Assembly: GCA_963720335.1 (NCBI GenBank)
Contig: CAVRFS010000088.1
Coordinates: 4,297-68,296 of the forward strand
From: an uncultured Planctomycetota bacterium
GTDB lineage: Bacteria > Planctomycetota > Planctomycetia > Isosphaerales > Isosphaeraceae
Direction: 5' to 3'
DNA length: 64,000 nt
The notes under the pieces were generated by a model. It saw nothing but the letters and a program-made list of their open reading frames with translations, had not been told where the DNA came from and did not search any database. Below are positions 55,750 through 64,000 of the stretch, in pieces. The position numbers and the translations under genes were made by a program. The stretch's first letter is position 1; each line of letters starts with the position of its first letter.

Positions 55750-56692
55750 ATGAGTCAAATCAGGCAAGGTCAAGATCAACCGGGGCGAAGCTCTCGCCGA
55801 GAGATGCTTCAGCGAACCACGGGCGCGGCCATGCTCGGCTTGACAGCACTGGGGAGCAAGGCCATGGCCCAGGACAGTCCATCCAGCGACCGTGCCGTCA
55901 AGAACGGCCGGATCAAACAATCGATCGTCTACTGGTGCTTCGAAAAGTACCTGGGACATGGAGCAGGCGGCCAAGATCGCCAAGCAGCTCGGCTGCGAAA
56001 GCATCGAGCTGATGGCCCCCAAGTTCTTCCCCGTGCTCAAGCAGCATGGGCTAACCTGTGCGATCGGGACGATCGATATGAGCCCGGACCCGCCGTTCGT
56101 CAAGGGATTCAACAACCCCAAGTACCGCGACCAAGTGATCAAGGCGACCCGCGACGCCATCGATGCGTGCGCGGACTTCGGGTCCAAGAACGTCATTTGT
56201 TTCACCGGCATGCGAGAGGGAATCCCCGACGACGTCGGCGCCGACAACTGCGTCGAGGGCTTCAGGCAGATTGTCGGACACGCCGAGAAGAAGGGCGTCA
56301 CGCTCTGCCTGGAGATGCTCAACTCACGGGTCAACTCGCACCCCATGAAAGGACATCCCGGCTATCAAGGAGACCACACCGACTATTGCGTCGACATCAT
56401 CAAGCGAGTCAGCTCGCCCAGCTTGAAACTGTTGTTTGACATCTATCACGTCCAGATCATGGACGGCGACATTATCAGCCGGATTCGCCAGCATCGCGAA
56501 TTCATCGCCCACGTCCACACCGCGGGCAACCCCGGGCGCGGCGAGCTCGACGACAAGCAGGAAATCAGCTACAAGCCGATCATGGAGGCTCTGATCGAGA
56601 TCGGCTACCACGGACACGTCGGCCAGGAGTTCATCCCCACACGAGACCCGCTCGTAGGCTTACGGGAAGCCGTGGTGCTTTGCGACGTGTGA
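55750..56692 (+). CDS. Xylose-isomerase-like TIM-barrel protein (hydroxypyruvate isomerase family) with Tat signal
   Basis: SRREMLQRTTGAAMLGLTALG..IKQSIVYWCF (ORF 55750-) joins ORF 55892-56692 (..CLEMLNSRV..HPGY..FDIYHVQIMDGD..HVHTAGNPGR). The switch is near 55950. Confidence 0.8.
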
Positions 56693-57333
56693 TCAAGCTG
56701 GTCTCCGTGGCCCCGCGTGGTCAAGCCGGCGGTGAGTGCGGTCCGTTGGGAGACCATCGGGTGATCAGGCCCCGGATTTCGATCTCTGAATTCATGGTCC
56801 TCACGGTCGTCTGCACTCTGCCGATGGCTTCTCTCATCGTTGCCAGCGACGGCTGGGTCGATGTGACTCGCTACCTGACCGTCGCGGTTCTGGCCGCAGC
56901 CACCTACCTGGCCAGCTTCCCGGAGCGGCGAAGAGGGGGTATGGTGGTTCGGGTTCCGCGCTCGCTGGCTGGGCTTTCTTTGCATTGCTCATCGATTCGA
57001 TTGTGTGGAATCCCACTCGCCACCGCAAAGGTGAGCGGAATGCTTCCGACGCCTGTCGTCACGCTCTTCATGACCGCTCGAGAGATCGCGGAAACGACAG
57101 CGCACTGGCCGACCGATCGGGCCGTGGGAAAATCGTTCCCGGATTCTCCAGTATTTGCTGATCCTGGTCGTCGCGGCATTGGGAGGGCTTGTCTGCTGGA
57201 TTGCCAACCGCAAGCGCGGAAGTCCCAAGGAGGAATGGAACTGGCCATCCGGAGTTTGGAGGGTCGGCGACGAGGGACAGGAACACCGAAAATAGAGCGG
57301 TTAATGGTCGGGCGGCTCACGGGGCCATATTAG
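56680..57333 (+). CDS. Hypothetical membrane protein (weak)
   Basis: ORF with a few hydrophobic stretches (ISEFMVLTVVCTLPMASLIV). No family recognised. It could be a GC-rich chance ORF. Confidence 0.2.
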   Translation: MRRVIKLVSVAPRGQAGGECGPLGDHRVIRPRISISEFMVLTVVCTLPMASLIVASDGWVDVTRYLTVAVLAAATYLASFPERRRGGMVVRVPRSLAGLSLHCSSIRLCGIPLATAKVSGMLPTPVVTLFMTAREIAETTAHWPTDRAVGKSFPDSPVFADPGRRGIGRACLLDCQPQARKSQGGMELAIRSLEGRRRGTGTPKIERLMVGRLTGPY

Positions 57334-57388
57334 CCCGAAGCGTAGCGAGGGGACACTACACCGGAATCCTCGCTGACGCTTCGGGCTA
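57331..57388. terminator. Long stem-loop between convergent genes
   Basis: TAGCCCGAAGCGTAGCGAGG (57331-57350) pairs with CCTCGCTGACGCTTCGGGCTA (57368-57388). That is 20 bp with one bulge and a 17-nt loop. Confidence 0.5.
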
Positions 57389-57438
57389 GTATGATGGACG
57401 TCTCAGTCACGCTGTGCACAACTTATGAGTGAGCCGCT

Positions 57439-58933
57439 TTAAATGATCTGGCGGATCGGCTCGGCGCCTTCGACACCCACCAGCTTCTGGTGCAGGCCGC
57501 CGTAGAAGTAGCTCAGCCGGTTCGCATCCAACCCGAGCTGATGCAGGATCGTGGCATGGAGGTTCTTGACGTGGAAACGGTCCTCGACGGCGTTGTTGCC
57601 CAGCTCGTCGGTCTGGCCGACGCTGGTCCCGCCCTTGATCCCGCCACCGGCCATCCACATCGTGAAGCCATAGGAGTTATGGTCGCGACCGGTCCCCTTA
57701 GCGAATTCCGCGGTCGGTTGGCGACCGAACTCGCCCCCCCAGACAATCAGCGTTTGATCGAGTAAGCCACGGCGTTTCAAGTCCTTGATCAGACCGGCGA
57801 TAGGTTTATCAGTATTGCCGGCGTGCTTGGTGTGGTTGTCGACGAGATCGGCATGCGCGTCCCAGTTATTGTCGTTGTGCGAGCCGCCGGAATAGATCTG
57901 GATGAAGCGAACTCCGCGCTCGACCAGGCGTCTGGCGATCAGGCACTTGCGGCCGAAGTCGGCCGTGCGCGGTTGGTCGATCCCGTAGAGCGATTCCGTC
58001 TCGGGCGATTCCGAGGCGAGATCAACCGCCTCGGGCGAGGATTGTTGCATCTTGAACGCCAGCTCGTAGCTGGCGATCCGCGCGGCCAGCTCGGAGTTAT
58101 CGAGCCGAGCGACGCCAGGTGGCGCCTCGTTTTTCTGGCGGAGCCGGTCAAGCAGGAGTCTGCGAGTCGTTCGCTCCGTCCCGCTCGGCGAGGCGAGGTC
58201 ATGGATCGGCACGCCGCGAAGCGCGCAAGACCGTCGCCTGATAAGCGGCCGGCATGTAACCACTTGACCAGTTCTTTGCTCCGCTGATCGGACCACCGGT
58301 TCGATCGAGCATGACCACGAACCCGGGCAGGTTCTCGTTCTCGCTCCCCAGGCCGTAGTTGACCCATGAGCCCAGGCAAGGGTTTCCGCTCAGGAGCCGT
58401 CCCGAATTCATCATCAACATCGCCGACCCGTGGATCGGTGACTCCGCATACATTGAGTGAATGAAGGCGATGTCGTCCACGCACGTGGCCAGGTTCGGAA
58501 ACAGCGTCGAAACTCGCTTGCCGCTCTGGCCGTACGGGTGGAACTCCCACTTCGGGCCGACGATCCGGCCTTCGTTCTTTTTACCTCCACGGCCGAATGT
58601 CTTGAGAGCGATTGTCTTGCCGTCCAACGGATAAAGCTTGGGCTTGTAGTCGAACGTGTCGACGTGGCTCGGGCCGCCGTACATGAACAGGAAGATGACG
58701 CTTTTGGCTTGCGCGGGGAACGGAGGCGGCTTGGGTGCGACCGGGTTGATAAACGGTGTGACTCCGTCGGCCGCGACGGACGCACGGTTCAGGAATCCTT
58801 CCGATCCGAGCAAGGCGGTAAGGGCAACTGACCCGAAGCCGCCGCCGATCTCCCAAAGAAACTCGCGCCGGGTTCGGCCGCAGAAGGAACCGCCGGCAGG
58901 TCGCCGACTCGGAGCAGGGGAGGGTGAGTTCAA
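57439..58933 (-). CDS. DUF1501 domain protein (sulfatase-like fold) with Tat-like signal
   Basis: RTRREFLWEIGGGFGSVAL, IFLFMYGGPSHVDTFDYKP (ORF 58199-58933), then ..GRDHNSYGFTMWMAGGGIKGG..HATILHQLGLD (ORF 57439-58296). One switch near 58230. Confidence 0.85.
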
Positions 58934-59042
58934 GGTCCATGGGCCCGGTTCCGTCAGTCGAGGTACAGGAATGCGTTGGCATTCAGCGTCATCAGACAGT
59001 ACTGGGTCAGCGCTGTGTGCTCGTCGAGGTGCGACTCCGCCA

Positions 59043-61239
59043 TCAGCTTGTTGAGAAACGCCAAGTCGTCACGGATTTCGCTCGGGGAGGGATGCTGGGC
59101 GGTGGTGAGGAAAACGCGCGATCGATTTGGGCTCCTAAATCGTTGGGAGCCTCCCGGCGTAGCCGGCTGGCGAACCGAGCGGCCTGCTGGTTCGAGAACT
59201 CTCCGTTGAGCAGGCCGAGTGCCTGTGTTGGCACAGTTGTCGTATACCGCACCGGGCAACTCGAATCGGTATCGGCCGCGTCGTGCGTTGCCAGGATCGG
59301 GACCAGGAGCGACCGCTTGACGTGTACGTAGACACTGCGCCGGGACGCCTCGCCCGGTGGTGAAGTCGGCCAGCCTTGACCGGGCACAGATTGGCCGGCC
59401 ATCACTTCGCGCGGGATCGGCGGGTAGACGCTCGGACCACCCGCCTTGAGATTGAGCGACCCACTCACAGCCAGGATCGAGTCGCGAACTTCCTCCGCGG
59501 TGAGTCGTCGCATCGGGAACCGCCAAAGCGATTGGTTGGCCGGATCCTTCGCCAGGCCGGCCGCCGAAGCGCGCGACGACATGCGATAAGCCGTTGACGA
59601 CAAGATCAGCCGGTGAATTCGCTTGATCCGCCAACCGCCGTCCATGAACTCCTCGGCGAGCCAGTCCAGGAGCTCGGGATGGCTGGCGGCCTCGCCGAGC
59701 TTTCCGAAGTCGTTTGGCGTCGGCACCAGACCCCGTCCAAAGTGATACTGCCAGAGTCGATTGACCATGACCCGGGCTGTCCGGGGATTGCGACGGTCGG
59801 TCAACCACTCCGCTAGCGCCGTGCCTCTTCCGGGACCACTCTCGAAACTCGGCGACCCATCGGCGAGCACCTCGGGCACACCCGGATCGACCTCATCGCC
59901 AGCCAGGCTCGGGTTGCCGCGGAGCAGCACATGTGTCTTGGCCCGACCTCGTTCGGCGACGCACATGACGTCGATCTTGGTCCCGGATGGGTCGACCACT
60001 TTCCTGAGGTTCTTGCCGTCGGAGTTGGTGACATCCTGAAAAAATGACAGCAGCCGGTAATAATCGCGCTGGGGGATCGGGTCGACCTTGTGGTCGTGGC
60101 AACGGGCACAGTTAATGGTCATCCCCAGCACGACCTGACCGGTCGTTGAAACGATGCCGTCCAGCCCATCGTAGTGGGCGAGCAATCGGTCGGCCGGCTC
60201 ATCGTCCCAAATTCCCAGGCGATAGAATCCGGTCGCGATCATCGACTCCGCCGAGGTCGGGTCGACCTCATCACCTGCGAGCTGTTCGCGGATAAACTGG
60301 TCGTACGGCTTATCGCGGTTGAACGCGTTGATGACATAATCGCGATAGCGCCAGGCAAACGGTTTCGCCGAGTCGCGTTCGTAGCCATTGGTTTCGCCAT
60401 AACGGACCAGGTCGAGCCAGTGCCGGCCCCACTTCTCGCCATAGTGGGGAGAGGCCAGCAAGCGTATCCACCAGACGATCGTAGGCGTCAGACCTCTGGT
60501 CGGCCAGAAACGAATCGACCTCGTCGGGTGTCGGTCCGAGCCCGGTCAGGTCGTAGGACAATCGCCTGATCAATGTCACGTGATCCGCCTCAGGCGCTGG
60601 CTTCAAACCGGCCTTCTCCAGCCGGTCCAGGAGAAATGCGTCGATCGGGTTGCGACACCAATCCTGTTGTTTCGCTGTCGGAACAGTCGGACGAACGACA
60701 GGCCGATGCGACCATTCCTGGCGAGCCGCCACATTGGTCGAGCGAGTGGGCTCCGCGGACGGCCGGACTGGTGCGACGACGGGCTTGTTCGTCGCGATTG
60801 GGCTTGGCGACCACGGTGCGCCGTTCTTGACCCACTTTCGAGGATTGCGACCTCGCTCGCTGGCAGTTTACCGCTCGGAGGCATCTCTAGCTCTTCAAAG
60901 CGGATCGCCTGGAGCAAGAAGACTTTGGTCCGGAGCTTCGCGAGAGATGGCCGGCCCTAATTCGCCACCTCGCAGCATCGCTTCCCGGCTATCGAGCCGT
61001 AAGCCACCGCGAATCTTGGGACCTTCCCCATGGCACTTGAGACAGCGAGCCTTCAAGATCGGCTGGACCTGGCTCTCGAAGAAGCGGGCCTGTTCGGACG
61101 TGGCGGAGCTCAGCCGTTGATCGCGATCCGCATCGCCCTCTCGGGCACATACGCCGCCGACGAGACCGGCGGCCAACACAGTCGCCGTGGCGAGACCACC
61201 CAGTCCGATGCACTGCTCCGGCTCATGCAGAATCTCCAC
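59043..61239 (-). CDS. PSCyt1-DUF1549-DUF1553 (planctomycete cytochrome c-like) protein
   Basis: [19 protein letters not shown] (CxxCH, ORF 60895-61239). [35 protein letters not shown] (60310-60732). [21 protein letters not shown] .. [12 protein letters not shown] .. (59043-60461). At least 3 switches. Confidence 0.85.
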
Positions 61240-61399
61240 CCAGATTTCGTTCTTCTCTTATCGACTGTAAGTTAGTTCAACAAAAATTGAACGAAGGGTC
61301 AAGGACGACGATGTGATCGGAGGCTCGCCCAGCAAGCGGCAAGAAGTTGATCACGACCGTATCATTCGAGAAGGATCGTAATCACAAAGGGAGAGTCGA

Positions 61400-62018
61400 A
61401 TGCGGTACCTGGTCTCAGCGAAGGTTCGCCCGGAGAAGCGCGGAGCTTCTCGAGGCGATCAACGCGCAACAGTTTGGCGAGGGGTTTCCCTACGGCGACC
61501 TGGGCGACGTGTTGTGCGCCGGTCGCGTTGACCAATCCGGGACCGTCCGGTGGGTTGAAGTCTGTTACTGCCGTGAGTTCGCGGGCATCGCGATGCGCGA
61601 GGAGATCGATTATTTCGAGGAGTTCCTCACCGAGATCAGGATCGCCGACGCCCGGAGCCCGGTTTCCTGCGAGGGATATCCAACGTGTAACGACTGCGAT
61701 TGCACGAACAAAGTCCGATTTCGCGGTGAGCCGATCCTCGACTACCTGCGTCGCATCGTGGCTGAGCCCCCTCCAGCCGCCGAAATGAATTCCGACCGGC
61801 CCACGCGGTGGCTGGGCTGGCGCGGCAATGTCAAGCCGGAGGAGGCTGGCGCAATCAAGCGTGAGTGCACTTGGCACGCTTCACTTGGATTTATCTTGAT
61901 TGCTTCTTTGCCACGCTTGAATTGGTCTGAGGTAACGGGGCAGCGGCCGGTTGTTGGGCCTGAAGCGACAGAGCTTGAGCTCTCACAAGAGCCGCCTCGG
62001 CCAGCATGCGAGCTTTAA
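61400..62018 (+). CDS. Cys-rich hypothetical protein
   Basis: AAAGGGAGAG before ATG 61400 (MRYLVSAKVRPEKR), then the frame of ORF 61347-62018 (..WVEVCYCREF..CEGYPTCNDCDCTNKV..). The 3' limit is uncertain and it overlaps the next minus-strand ORF. Confidence 0.35.
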
Positions 62019-62175
62019 CCGCCTCGGCTCGCAATGCTTCCTCGCGTGCCCTCGACTGTTGGAGCCGGGACGTCTGAAGATACAATTGCAACAGGAGGGC
62101 CACGATGATGATCAGGAGCAAGAGCGTGTTCAGCCGAAAGCGATATCGCCTATCTTTTGGTCGACTCTCGTCCAT
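61891..62175 (-). CDS. Small TM/coiled-coil hypothetical protein
   Basis: Internal start MDESRPKDRRYRFRLNTLLLLIIIVALLLQLYL.. in ORF 61891-62259. Confidence 0.3.
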   Translation of the reverse strand: MDESRPKDRRYRFRLNTLLLLIIIVALLLQLYLQTSRLQQSRAREEALRAEAVKARMLAEAALVRAQALSLQAQQPAAAPLPQTNSSVAKKQSR

Positions 62176-62296
62176 GGTTGTGTCAACTCTGGCTTGGTTG
62201 AGAATTCGCGATCCGACCGTCTTCGAGGTCTGCCGGACATGTCGATTCACTCTACCCAATCGCGCGGTTGTGCGGTAGTCTGCGACCTACCCGCGT

Positions 62297-63702
62297 TTAC
62301 GGCTTCGCGCGCTGGCCTTCGGGCGTCGTATCTGGAATTGGCACGCGAAGACGGGCCCGATCAGCGGGGGTCAAGAGTGCTGGAAGCTTGTCGTCATCTC
62401 GCTTTCGAGGCAGCGAGACCCTCACTGGCTCGACTTTTTTTCCCACGAATTCGTCATCGATCCTCTCGATAACGACCCATTCATCTGTCTTGAGCCCCGC
62501 GTCAAACGCGGTCCGACCATCGTATTGCCCCGAGGAGCGAACGTCCCTCGCTTCGACGACGTTTTCCGAGTTCACGACGTATATTCGTAGACCATTGGGT
62601 CCAACCTGGGAAACGGATTCGTCTTCAACCGGAAGTAATCGCACCACGTAAGGCGCACTCGTCGTGAGCTTCACGTTAACAATCAGGCCCGGCAACAAGA
62701 ACCCATCGGGATTGGGCACCAACGCGGCCAATGCGGCGACGATGTGGCCGCCCTGATTCTGGACAACGACATCCCCCAAATCGACTTTAGCGGGACACTT
62801 GAAATCGTCGCCAAACCGGTACACGACGACCGGATAGCCCGCGGTTTGATCAACCTTGATCTGGCCGTCGCGGATCAAGCTCTTGAGCCGCATTAGGGTC
62901 CCTTCGTCGACTGAGAACGAGACGTATATCGGATCGTACGAAAGAATCGTGGTCAGGACCGTCGTGTCGGCGACTGCAACATTCCCGATCGCCAGGACAG
63001 AGCCGCTGATCTTGCCGACGATCGGCGACGTCACTTTCGTGGATTCGAGCTTGAGCTTCGCAAGTTCGAGGTTGGCCTCGGCCGTCTGCAAGGCCGCGCC
63101 GGCTACCTCAATGTCGTCCTTGAGTTTTGCCACATCCTCGGGCCCTTTGAAACCTTTTTTTTGCAGTAGTTCAAAATTGGAAAGTTTCGCAGGAAGCCGT
63201 GTGTGCGCGAGCGGACGGGCGAGCTCGGCTTCCGCTTTGTCCGCCTCCACCCGGAAAGGTCGTGGATCGATTTCGAAGAGGACCTGTCCCTTCTTGACCA
63301 TCTGGCCTGGCCGGCAGTGGACATTGATAAGCTGACCGCTCACCCGACATTTCAGCTCGACCTTTTGAACGGCTTCAAGCTGGCCACCAGCCTGCACGGA
63401 GTCGGTGACGTCCTGGATGGTCGGCTGAGAACCCGAATCTTTGTCAAGGGCGGCGGAGATTCGTTCACGGGAAGTTTTGTCGGCGCGGGGCGTTGCACTT
63501 GCGGTTTGTCAACGGCCGTGGGCGCTTTTTGTTTGGGATCGTCCGTACGCTCGGCTTTCGTCTTCGCGGCCGTATCGGAATCGGCTCGCAAGCGACCCTG
63601 AGCCAGGCTGGGTAAGAACGGCAAGGCCAAAACACCCAGGAACAGCACGGCGCGAGGCACGTTGCGGGCGAGCGAACTCGTCGATTGATCGGACAGGATC
63701 AT
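62297..63702 (-). CDS. HlyD/MFP-like periplasmic adaptor domain protein
   Basis: GAGGAG lies 7 nt before ATG 63700-63702 (MILSDQSTSSLARNVPRAVLFLGVLALPFLP, TM segment). ORF 62297-63397 carries ..KCRVSGQLINVHCRPGQMVKKGQVLFEIDPRPF.., TKVTSPIVGKISG. Switch near 63400. Confidence 0.7.
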
Positions 63703-64000
63703 GTTCAGTCTCCTCGTTAGCGGCAGCACTCGCCCCGCTCCGCTCGCCCCGACGGGCAAGGGAAGGCGCGGGCCAGATAAACAAACCGCCGTGGTCACCA
63801 ACGCTTCCGCGTAGGCAGCCGCGGCCTTCGGCAAAGCCCAGACGACCCAGGCGTCGCAACACGCTTCCTCGGCTCGCTCCAGCTCACGACGCGCCCACCA
63901 GGCAATCGGGTCCCACCAGAAAAGCGCCAGCACAACGGCTTCGAGCCGGCGTACCCAATGGTCACATCGCTTCAGGTGCGCAGCTCATGTGCCATCACGG
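63703..64000 (-). CDS. M56 (BlaR1-like) metallopeptidase domain, 5' partial at the window edge
   Basis: Reverse translation of the last 40 nt gives HEL(A)HLKRCDHW with one indel (HExxH), followed by LALFWWDPIAWWARRELERAEEACCD (ORF 63352-63933). The same frame runs without a stop into the adaptor-like gene. Confidence 0.6.

Overview
GC-rich chromosomal window that looks planctomycetal. This call rests on gene families: a DUF1559/H-X9-DG pseudopilin-like protein, a PSCyt-DUF1549-DUF1553 plus DUF1501 pair, a TIGR03000-type domain, an ECF sigma factor next to a giant Ser/Thr kinase, and LESR/LEPRxLLS leaders. Most genes can only be read by switching frame, and the switches I could localise fall at homopolymers. 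I therefore treat most frameshifts as consensus errors from an unpolished assembly and give merged spans. Contents, left to right: a giant beta-helix repeat surface protein; a SIR2-like/CHAT fusion; nitrilase, proline-racemase-family and Uma2 genes; an MBOAT/AlgJ-like O-acetylation pair; a TetR-SDR pair; an efflux locus (OMF with LysM tail, MFP, and two about 97% identical RND paralogs, the second split by an IS701-like element); an integrase remnant next to tRNA-Gln; AKR, HTTM and Gly/Ser-repeat genes; a methyltransferase; ECF sigma plus an STK-STAND-HEAT-FGE giant; MFS, TIM-barrel, DUF1501/DUF1553 and M56/HlyD-like genes. The most interesting item is at 42036-46083 on the minus strand. It is a roughly 1160-aa reading with an APH-type kinase, an unknown central region and a LanC-like cyclase. 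It follows an ORF ending in a Cys/Thr/Ser-rich tail. This looks like a lanthipeptide-type system whose architecture I cannot place in classes I-V.
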